Source of the DNA: the human T2T-CHM13v2.0 reference genome, Homo sapiens
Strand: one strand, 5' to 3'
Assembly: GCF_009914755.1 (NCBI RefSeq)
Contig: NC_060943.1
DNA length: 64,000 nt
The translations under genes were made by a program, and so were the position numbers. The notes under the pieces are model-generated. The model did no database searches, was not told the origin of the DNA, and worked only from the letters and a program-made list of their open reading frames with translations. This document shows, one piece after another, positions 50,499-64,000 of the stretch. Each line of letters begins with the position of its first letter. Positions within the stretch are counted from its first letter, which is position 1.

Positions 50499-50764
50499 TT
50501 TTATTTATTTATTGTTTTGAGACAAAGTCTCGCTGTGTCACCCAGGCTGGAGTGCAGTGGTGAAATCTCGGCTCATTGCAGCCCCTTCCTTCCAGGCTCA
50601 AGTGATCCTCCCACCTCAGCCCCGGGTAGCTGGGACTACAGGTGTGCACGAGCACACCCGGCTAATCTTTGTATTTTTTGTAGACAGAAGGTCTCACCAT
50701 GTTGCCCAGGATGGTCTCGAACTCCTGGGCTCAAGCGACCTACCTACCTCGGCCTCACAAAGTG
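50499..50764 (-). mobile_element. Antisense AluJ-like element in the TNFAIP8L1 3'UTR
   Basis: ttttgagacaaagtctcgctgtgtcacccaggctggagtgcagtgg...ctcggcctcacaaagtg. Confidence 0.9.
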
Positions 50765-51701
50765 TGCACATTGTAATATCGTGATTTCATATTTGGAGAA
50801 TCAGCAACCAACCAGCCAACCATGTTGCTTTTATAAGACAGAGCTGAGAAAGCAAAGCTTGGCTGTCGTCTTGGCTCTGGTACCACCCACGAGATGCGGG
50901 CGATTCTCAGCTCAGGGCGTGGAGGCGTGGTGTGGGGGAGTCTATTTGCCATTTTTGTTTGTCAGCAGGGGGCAGGGGTTCTCAAAGATTGCAAAATGCT
51001 GCTGCAGGTCAGGAAGGTTATTTTGGGTGCCTGTGGGGGAGGTGAAACAAGGTCCCATGACTGTTTTGCAGAACCTTGTCTGTGGAGGGTAGAGGTTGCG
51101 GCAGGGGCCTGTGGGCCTTACTTGGTGAGAAGGTAGGTCTAGCTGGCTCCATTCAGTATTTGAGACATTTGGAATTTGTCTGCATTTAAAACCAAGAGAT
51201 CACACACACCTGTCTGGATTTGGAGTTTCTCTTGAAAACTCGCCAGTCCGGCCGTCTGAGCCTGCACTGACGCCTGGTGAAGCTGTGCAGGGGCCGCCCC
51301 TCTCCCTTTCGCCACAGTCCTCTCCACTCCCTTTCGCCTCTCCCTGGCCTGCTGCACTCACTGATAGGAAATTCTGACCCCAGACTCGGAGCAGCCTTCC
51401 CGTGGTTCGGTTTTTGCTTCCGCGAAAAAGCCAAAGGCCTTGGCCAGAGAGCCAGCTGTTCCTACCTCTACCCCACGCTTCCAAGGCAACCTTCTCCACT
51501 TATCTTAGGCCGAGAGACAGCTCTTCAAGAACGTACATGGATCCTGATTTTCTCACGAAGTCCCGATGGAACCCTGTGCTGTTGAGACATCAGTGTGTAA
51601 AACTCTCTGTGTCCCTGTTGGGCTGTCCAGACAGTCTGGACTCTTGTAAATTTGAGATTTAATTAAAGGAAACAAACCAAATAGGACTGCCGAACAATTT
51701 A

Positions 51702-51707
51702 AATAAA
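51702..51707 (+). terminator. TNFAIP8L1: Distal polyadenylation signal of TNFAIP8L1 (AATAAA; ATTAAA variant at 51662-51667)
   Basis: Canonical hexamer in AT-rich unique sequence at the end of the 3'UTR. Confidence 0.75.
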
Positions 51708-51715
51708 AGCACACA

Positions 51716-53400
<1,685 letters not shown>

Positions 53401-53699
53401 GGGAAACCAATGCCCCAGGCTGCAGAGAGCAGGTCGGCCTTGGAACATCCTCCCGCGCTGGGGCCTGTGGCAGCCACAGAAACCCGGGTGTGAATTCACA
53501 ACATGTGGGGGACCCAGGGACAGCGAGTGCCAAGGGGGGAAGGGGGCAAGTTCACATACAGCCACCTTGGGATCTAGCGCTTTGATGCCTGCAGAGAAGT
53601 CCCACCCAGAGACACCGCCCACCCGCCCACGGTGGGGCAGTGTCAGCCGCGTCTGAGCTCCTGACCCGCAACGGCCAGCCGGGAGGGCCCAGGCTGTGG

Positions 53700-54161
53700 G
53701 GTTGCTTTTTAATGTTCTTATTTATTTAAATATGAAAAAACATTTCATCTCTTCCCAGTTCATCTGAAAGGAGGTCCCCTGGGTAAACATAGGAAAGCAG
53801 TTCTGCAGGCTCATGAAGGATGCTCGGCTGGAGGTCGGGGGGAGCATGGCTGCTTTCCCCAGCATAGCCCCCATGTTCCCCACCCTCTTTGTGCCCCGGA
53901 TCTGCGATCCTGAGTCCAGAAGAGCTCAGCAGGAAGTGGGAACTGAGAAGCTGTTGGGAGCCAGGAGGGCCCTGGACCCTCTGTTCTCTGCCCCAGGGCT
54001 TCAGCCACCCTGCAAGCCCCTCCGGACAAGGCAACGTCAGCCCAGGTAGAAAACTTAAGAGTCCCTCCTAGAAAACCAGTGATGTGCTGGCCCTTTCAGG
54101 GACACAGGCCCCTTCAGCTTCACCGGAGATGAGAAGGTGCCACCCGCAACAGGGCTGCTGG
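53700..54161 (-). other. MYDGF: MYDGF 3'UTR
   Basis: Unique sequence after the stop codon, ending at minus-strand AATAAA (53721-53726) and ATTAAA (53708-53713). Confidence 0.85.
53721..53726 (-). terminator. MYDGF: MYDGF polyadenylation signal
   Basis: tttatt on the + strand is AATAAA on the - strand, about 440 nt after the stop codon. Confidence 0.8.
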
Positions 54162-54241
54162 TCACAGCTCAGTGCGCGATGCCTTGGCCACAATCACCAG
54201 CTTGGACAGCTCAGCTTTGAATGCCCCGGGCCTGTGAGCCA
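54162..54241 (-). CDS. MYDGF: MYDGF last coding exon: (V)AHRPGAFKAELSKLVIVAKASRTEL*, ending in the KDEL-like ER-retention motif RTEL
   Basis: Acceptor ttcttgcag at 54242-54243. TGA at 54164-54162. All four exons join in frame. Confidence 0.96.
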
Positions 54242-55415
54242 CTGCAAGAAAGAAACACATGGTTGGGCCCTCAACATTGAAAATTCTCAGAAGTCCGGAG
54301 GATTTGGGGTGGGGCCCATGGTGGGGGCTAAGCAGGCAAGGGGAGCAGTCTCCAAAGCAGACTCCCATGTGAAAAGGCCCCAGGCACTGAAAGTCTTACG
54401 GGTGACAGACAGGAAAACAGTGATGTGGAGGGTAAGGTCGGTGGGGCTAACATAGATGGCAGGCAGCAGGAAGCCACAGAAAGACCTGAGGTGGGAAGAA
54501 CCCTGGTCATTTGTGCCATGTTGTCAAGAAGAGATGCAGAAAGGGGCCAGAAGAAGCCCAGGAAGGAGATGATCCCGGCCTGAACAGGATGCAGGGTGGG
54601 TCAGGCTGCAAGACCTCCTGCTCAGTGGGTGAACCTGTCTGAGGCCCTCATGACACTTCTCCAGCAGGGTCAGAACTCTGGCTTCCACTGCTTCACCCAA
54701 GTCTCCCGGCCCTACCTGCTGTGTCCACTCCCTTGGCTCCCACCCTTGCCCCAGCTCGGCGCCTCCGATTCCTCTTTCTGCTTAGCATTGGCGCCATGCA
54801 GCTGAATGTGGCTTGAGGACACCGGTGCTGCTCAGGCAACCGAAGAAGGACCCTGATGTTTCCCAGTGACCCCTGCAGCCTCCCCTCGGCATGCCACAGT
54901 CCCAACCTCAAAGCCCTGATGGTTTCTACTTTGTTTTATTTCATTTATTTATTTTTTAAAATTTATTATTTTTTTTGAGATGAGAGTCTTCCTCTGTTGC
55001 CTAGGCTGGAGTGCAGTGGTGCAGTCTCGACTCACTGCAACCTCCTGCTCCTAAGTTCAAGAGATTCTCCTGTCTCTGCCTCCTGAGTAGCTGGGATTAC
55101 AAGCATGTGCCACCATCCTTGGCTAATTTTGGTATTTTTAGTAGAGAAGGGGTTTCACCATGTTGGCTAGGCTGGTCTGGAACTCCTGGCCTCCCAAAGT
55201 GCTGGGATTACAGGTGTGAGCCACCATGCCCAGCCCTGTTTATTGTTTTTGAGACAGAGTCTTACTCTGATGCCCAGGCTGGAGTGCAGTGGTGCGATCA
55301 TAGCTCAATGCAGCCTCGACCTCCTGGGCTCAAATAATCCTCCCACCTCAGCCTCCTAAGTAGCTGAGACTACAGGTACACACCACCATGCCCGGCTAAT
55401 TTTTTTTCTTTTTGA

Positions 55416-55508
<93 letters not shown>

Positions 55509-56087
55509 TAGCTGGGATTACAGGTGCGCACCACCACGCCTGGCTAATTTTTTGCATTTTTAGTAGAGATGGGGTTTCATTATGTTGGCCAGCTGGTCTG
55601 GAACTCCTGACCTCAAGTGTTCCGCCCGCCTCGTCCTCCCAAAGTGCTGGGATTACAGGCGTGAGCCACCGCACCCAGCCTGATTTTTAAAAAAATTTTG
55701 TAGAGACAGGGTCTCGCTATGTTGCCCAGGCTGGTCTTGACCTCCTGGGCTCCAATGATCCTCCCACCTTAGCCTCCTGAGCAGCTGCGGTAACAGGCAT
55801 GAGCCACCGCGCCCAGCTAAGATAAAGTTCTAGTGGCACACAGCCACACCCACGCATGGACATACTGTCTGCAGCAGCTTTGTGCCACAATGGCACAGCT
55901 CTAGACAGAACCCACAGTGCCACAAAGCTGAAGATATTGACGAGGTGGCCTTTATAGAATCAGTTTGTGGATGCCTGGTCTACAGTCTCCAGGACCCCTA
56001 TGGCTGACCCCCCTCTCCAAACTGCCCCGATTGCCCACCCTTGGATGGGGGTGGCGTCACCTCTACCCCATCCCCATCTTTCCGTAC

Positions 56088-56160
56088 CTGCTGTTTTGGT
56101 CACTTCAAATTCCTCAGTTTTCAGAGGGACATCACTTTCCCTTTCAAATGCGGCTTTAGA
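56088..56160 (-). CDS. MYDGF: MYDGF coding exon 5: SKAAFERESDVPLKTEEFEVTKTA(V)
   Basis: 73-nt exon with acceptor ctttttcag and donor CAG|GTACGG. The peptide is visible inside ORF 55960..56247. Confidence 0.96.
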
Positions 56161-56825
56161 CTGAAAAAGAATGAGTGGAAACTTTACCAGGGCCAGTTCA
56201 ATGCTCATCATTAGGAAAACGATTGAGTTTGCTTTCCAGAGAAGCACAGACTAAAGCTTTCTACTTTTACTAGAGATGGAGAGGAGACTTTTTTGTTTTT
56301 GAGCCAGGACCTCACTCTACTGTCCAGGCTGGAATGCAGCAGTGCAATCATAGCTCACTGCAGCTTCAAAGTCCTGGACTCAAGTGATCCTCCTGCTGCG
56401 GCCTCCTGAGTAGGTGGGACTATGGGTGCATGCCAACACGCCTGGCTATTTTTTTTTTACTTTTGGTAGATATAGGGTCTTGCTATGTTGCCTAGGCTGG
56501 AATCAAATTCCTGGCCTCCAGCAATCCTCCTGCCTCAGCCTCCCAAATTGCTGGGATTACTGGCGTGAACCGCCGCGCCTGGCCTGGAGAAGTCTTTTCT
56601 GGCATATACAAGAGAAGCCAGCAGCAACAGGTTACCAAACCCCCGTGCCCCTGGCCTGGGGGCGTCTGTGTGCCAGGTTCCTGCAAGTTACACACCCTAC
56701 CTCTGCAGGATTCGCTGTCCCCTCTCCTCCCTGTCCCCATGGAGCCCTCTTGTGGCAGGACATCTCACAGCTGCCCCAGTGCACAGAAGCCACACCCGGA
56801 GCCTGCCCCACTCCAAGATACTCAC

Positions 56826-56907
56826 GTAGGCCATGGCGTACTCAATCTCAGCGCCCCGCACCTCTGCCTTGAACTGTGTGAAGTACAGATAGGACTTCCC
56901 CTGGGGC
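56826..56907 (-). CDS. MYDGF: MYDGF coding exon 4: (R)[27 protein letters not shown]
   Basis: 82-nt exon with acceptor ctctgcag and donor TAC|GTGAGT. AG+G completes the Arg codon from the previous exon. Confidence 0.96.
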
Positions 56908-59109
56908 CTGCAGAGGAAGAGGGGGCGAGGGAGTCAGGCCAGGCCTGCTGGGTCTGGGTCTGTGTGCCCTGGAAGGAGCCCCGCCAGGGACTCGGGCTGG
57001 GGTCAGCAGGTCTCGTGCCTGCTTCTCAACATGGACGCCATTCCCGAGCACGAGCACCTGCTGACTGGGAAGGATGGATGGGGCCCTCTCAACAGCAGAC
57101 CCTCTTTCTTTTGTGCCAGAATTTTTTTTTTTTTTTTTTTTGGAGACGAGTCTCACTCTGTTGCCCAGGCTGGATGGCAATGGCACAATCTCACTCACTG
57201 CAGCCTCTGCCTCCTGGGTTTAAGTGATTCTCCTGCCTTAGCCTCCCTTGTAGCTGGGAGTACAGGCACCCGCGACCACATCTGACTAATTTTGGTATTT
57301 TTAGTAAAAACATGGTTTCACCATGTTGGCCAGCCTGGCCTGAACCCCTGACCTCAAGTGATCCACTCGCCTCAGCCTCCCAGAGGGCTGTGATTAGAGG
57401 TGTGAGCCACTGTGCCTGGCCCCTTTGTGCCAGAATGTTCTTCCAGCTCATTCATAGACACGCCTCTCTCCCCTGTGGGCTGGGAGCTGCTCTGGGACAG
57501 GACCCCATGTCCATTCACTGCACATGGCTTCTTGGTTGCTGACAGCAATCCAGGTACTACGACGGGGGCTGGGGCTGGGCAATGAGAGGCCAGTAAAGGC
57601 TTCTCAGAGGGCATTGACTAGGAAGTACAGGAGTTAACTTAAGAAGTGGGGAGGATCATCTGCCCAGGTCTCTAGAAGGCTGCTAACGGAGGCTTCTAAG
57701 GAACTGGAGTGGCAGAAGGTGTCGGAAGGTGACAGCAGGGGATGATGGCATCTCTGGTGTGAAGAGAGTGTGATGGGGATGGAGGGGCAGCAGGGGGGCC
57801 ATTTCTGTGGAAGCCCTGGCTGGGGTTCTATGTGCATGGGTGGGGCGGGGGTATCCAGGGAGCCCTAGATTCTTCTTTAAGCCCTAGCACTGCCAACAGC
57901 CCTGGTCAGGGAGGGTCCAGTCACTGTCTGAGATGAGGAGGCCTGGGGTGGCAGGTCTCCGGGGCTGAGCATGCCCCTGGGGAGCTTTTGTGGGGGTTGG
58001 ACAGGAGGATTCAGGCTCAAGGTGAGCCCAGCCACCATCCCAACTGCTCCAGACCTGCACCTGCCCAGATGCCCTCTGGGGAGCTGGCACTCAGGGGTCC
58101 ATGCAGGGCAGTGGCCTGCAGACAGACGATGGCGACCGTGGGCTTCCCCAAGACTACAGGGCGGCCTCTGCAGGGTCTCTCTGGGCTGATGGGGCCTATC
58201 TCCTCTCAATGACCCTCCTGATGCCTCCTGGGGCCTTGGCCTGCCTGTGATGCAGCCAGTTCCATGGAGTGGGTGAGAATCTCCCCAGAAACACCTGCTG
58301 TTTGTAAAGCGCCCCGCAGGGCACGGCGGGACAACACCCACACGAGGCAGCAAATCACACCCTGTCCTTCAGTTAAACGTCGCCACTCCCTGATCTCTGC
58401 CTCCCATTTGTCAACGTGCTTTAACCTGACCGCAGTGGTGGAGCTATAGCTTGGACTTCTCCCTCCAAAGTGTCTGCACAAAATAAAGGCTCAAGAAATA
58501 CCCACTGTTTGGGCTGAGACATTCTGGGCCAAGGATCAGGGAAGAAGGGACAAGATTCCTGAAGCCCCCGACCCCCTCCCCACCGGGGGGCCTGACGGCT
58601 TCCTTCCCTTCATGACCTTGCCCAGATCGAGCTGGGATCTAGGCAGTGGGGTTACGAGAATGAGTGGGGCGAGTGGAGCCGGGATAAGCCCATAAACCAT
58701 GAGCCTGACAGAGGATGGCGGCAGGGGCAGAATCGGGCGGTGTCTGGGGAGACTTGGGGAGGGGCTGTGGACCCAGATGCATGTGTGTTCGGGCAGGTGG
58801 AAGAGAGTGCACAGCTTTTGTCTGATTCCCAGATGTCTGCACCCCAAGAAGGCTATGAGCCATCAGGCTGGTCCTTCAGAGAACATGCTGGTAAAGACCT
58901 GCCTGAGGGGAAACAGCTGGGGCCCCTTCTGGTGGGACACATTCCCCGGGAGATAGCATCATCCAAACCTCCACAGCCACTACCCCACAGACTCCCACAC
59001 CTGCCACCTGCCTAGCTCGTCCCCAGCCCAGACCTGCACCAGCTCCGCCAGTTCCACCAGGACTCTGCCCAGCACCTTCCTCCTCCTCCTACCCCAGCTA
59101 GCTGATTCC

Positions 59110-60020
59110 ACAGCCTCCAATCTGTGCCCTCCCCTCCTCCCTGTCCTCATTTTACACAGCCTCCAGTCTGTGCCTTCCCCTCCCACTCCGTCCTCATTCT
59201 ACAGCCTCCAATCTACTCTCCCCACCCCACTCCATCCTCATTCTACAGCCTCCGATCTACATTCCCCACCCACCTCATCCTCATTCTACAGCCTCCAATC
59301 TACCCTCCCCACCCGTCCTGTCCTCATTCTACACAGCCTCCAATCTACCCTCCCCACCCGTCCTGTCCTCATTCTACACAGCCTCCAATCTACCCTCCCC
59401 ACCCACCCCATCCTCATTCTACAGCCTCCAATCTGTGCCCTCTCCACCCATCCCATCCTCATTCTACACAGCCTCCAATCTACGCTCCCATCCACCCCAT
59501 CCTCATTCTACAGCATCCAATCTACTCTCCCCACCTACCCCATCCTCATTCTACACAGCCTCCAATCTGTGCCCTCTCCACCCACCCCATCCTCATTCTA
59601 CACAGCCTCCAATCTACCCTCCCCACCCCATCCTCATTCTACAGCCTCCAACCTGTGCACTCTCCACCCACCCCATCCTCATTCTACACAGCCTCCAATC
59701 TACCCTCCCCACCCACCCCATCCTCATTCTACAGCCTCCAATCTACCCTCCCCACCTCATCCTCATTCTACAGCCTCCAGTATACCCTCCCCACCCACCC
59801 TGTCCTCATTCTACACAGTCTCCAATCTGTGCTCTCCCCACCCACCCCATCCTCATTCTACAAAGCCTCCAATCTACCCTCCCCACCCACCCCATCCTCA
59901 TTCTACACAGCCTCCAATCTGTGCCCTCTCCACCCACCCCATCCTCATTCTACACAGCCTCCAATCTGTGCCCTCTCCACCCACCCCATCCTCATTCTGC
60001 ACAGGCTTCAATCTGCGCCC
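59110..60020. repeat. ~41-47-bp VNTR (cagcctccaatctaccctccccacccaccccatcctcattctaca[ca]), about 20 copies, in MYDGF intron 3
   Basis: The cctcatt(c/t)t anchor recurs about 20 times at ~44-bp spacing. Confidence 0.95.
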
Positions 60021-60129
60021 CACCCCCAACCCCCGACTCCATCCTGGTTGGTGCCTGGAGGGGCTCCCTGCCTCAGCCTGCCTCCTTCAGCCGGGGGGAT
60101 CTGAGCTCCACATGTTCCTGCAGGGAGCC

Positions 60130-60490
60130 CTCTGGAATAGGACTCAGCCAGGAAAAGAAATGAGGCTGACACGGGCCTCAGCATGGATGAGCCTTGAGGA
60201 CGTCACGTTCAGTGAGAGACGCCAGACACCAAAGGCCACACAGGGAAGGTTTGACCCCATTTCTATGCAATGTCCAGGACACGCCCATCCACAGAGACAG
60301 GAGGGGGATGCGTGGCTGCCATGTGCTGGGAAGGAGAATGACTCTGATGGGAACAGAGTTTATTTTCAGGGGATGAAAATGTTCTGGAAGCAGAGGTCTG
60401 GCTGCACACCTCTGAGAAAGTACTCCATGCAGCTGAATTGTGAGCTTAAAATGCTGTGCTTTATGGAATTTTATCTCAGTTTTTAAACAT
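60130..60490 (+). mobile_element. Old L1M(B)-type 3' fragment
   Basis: catggatgagccttgaggac...agtgagagacgccagacac...gatgaaaatgttctggaa...tttatggaattttatctca. Confidence 0.7.
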
Positions 60491-61033
60491 TGCCAAAAAG
60501 GGTCAGGCATGGTGGCACACGCCTGTAATCCCAGCTACTCAGGAGGCTGAGGGAGGAGAATCGCTTGAACCCAGGAGGCGGAGGCTGCAGTGAGCCAAGA
60601 TTGCTCCACTGCACTACAGCCCGGGCAAAAGATGGAGACTCCATCTCAAAAAAAAAAAAAAAAAAATTGCCAAAAAGCCCTTTGGTGAGTTCGTCTCACC
60701 CTTAGGGGAGGGTGGAGCCCCTTGGGGCCTTCCTGGGCCCTGGTCCACGCTCCGCACCCTCTGAGCTGCTTCTCCTTTTCCTGGGACCTTGCCCCGCACA
60801 GGCTCCCCCCGTCTCCCCCAGACCTTCTCAGTCTCTGCATCAGTGCACTTCCTTGGGGAGCACTCCCACCCCAGCGACCCTGCCACCCCCCACCTGCACG
60901 TGCATGAGTCTCCCTGCTGGTCTGTCTTCCCCTCCAGGGGTGCAGCCCTCGTTCCCTGCCTTCCAAAGCAGCTCCTGAGGCCACAGGGCAGGCCAACGGC
61001 AGCCGGAAATGCCATCCCCACCCCGAGTCTCAC

Positions 61034-61095
61034 CTCCAGATGGTGCAGGTGAAGTGCTGGTGGTCTTCGCTGGTCCCCAGACTCATCTGCCATTG
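61034..61095 (-). CDS. MYDGF: Myeloid-derived growth factor, internal coding exon (exon 3): QWQMSLGTSEDHQHFTCTIW(R)
   Basis: 62-nt exon with acceptor ctctccccag and donor AG|GTGAGA on the minus strand. The peptide matches MYDGF as I recall it, and phase is consistent with the next exon. Confidence 0.95.
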
Positions 61096-61324
61096 CTGGG
61101 GAGAGAAGACAGCGCGGGTCAGCCCCGGACACACAGCTGCTCTCGGAGACTTCTAGGTGTGCCTCTGATTCTACAGTCAGGCCACCTCTTCTGTACCTCC
61201 CGATTCAGGGGCTGGCCACTAAATCCCCTGCCCCGCCCTCCTGGTGGCCTGGGGTTTGCTGTCATCTGTGATCAGGGAGCCTGCCTGCACCACATCCTTC
61301 CCATAAAAGTGGTGCCTCTAATGA

Positions 61325-64000
<2,676 letters not shown>

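Noticed and set aside
59124-60486. 326-, 438- and 242-aa Pro/His/Ser-rich ORFs
   Set aside because: All three + frames are open across the C-rich VNTR, antisense within a MYDGF intron; a repeat artefact.

Overview
This is primate, almost certainly human, genomic DNA. It is GC-rich and very Alu-dense (by eye roughly half of the window), and the gene content matches chromosome 19p13.3. Two genes are recognisable. TNFAIP8L1 (TIPE1) is complete on the + strand: CpG-island promoter at about 35.1-35.9 kb, non-coding first exon(s), single coding exon 48028-48588 (186 aa) and a ~3.1-kb repeat-filled 3'UTR. The last four coding exons and 3'UTR of MYDGF (C19orf10) lie on the - strand, convergent with it. 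The first ~35 kb has no credible protein-coding gene; nearly all ORF-track entries are Alu, VNTR or GC-content artefacts. I see no prokaryote-style novel system. The best-supported unexplained structure is a ~540-bp inversion (27094-27633) flanked by a 360-bp inverted repeat with 358/360 identity. It is supported internally by a THE1 LTR, an AluJ and an Alu target-site duplication whose halves now point in opposite directions. Other observations: L2 and L1M copies that look locally homogenised; an LTR-derived proximal poly(A) signal between the arms of an inverted-Alu pair in the TNFAIP8L1 3'UTR; an isoform-specific uORF ending 4 nt before the TIPE1 AUG; a zero-spacer inverted Alu pair; a 1.6-kb 17-mer pyrimidine VNTR followed by a candidate exon; and a G-quadruplex VNTR in a MYDGF intron. 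Gene and repeat-family names come from my recall of protein and consensus sequences, not from database searches.
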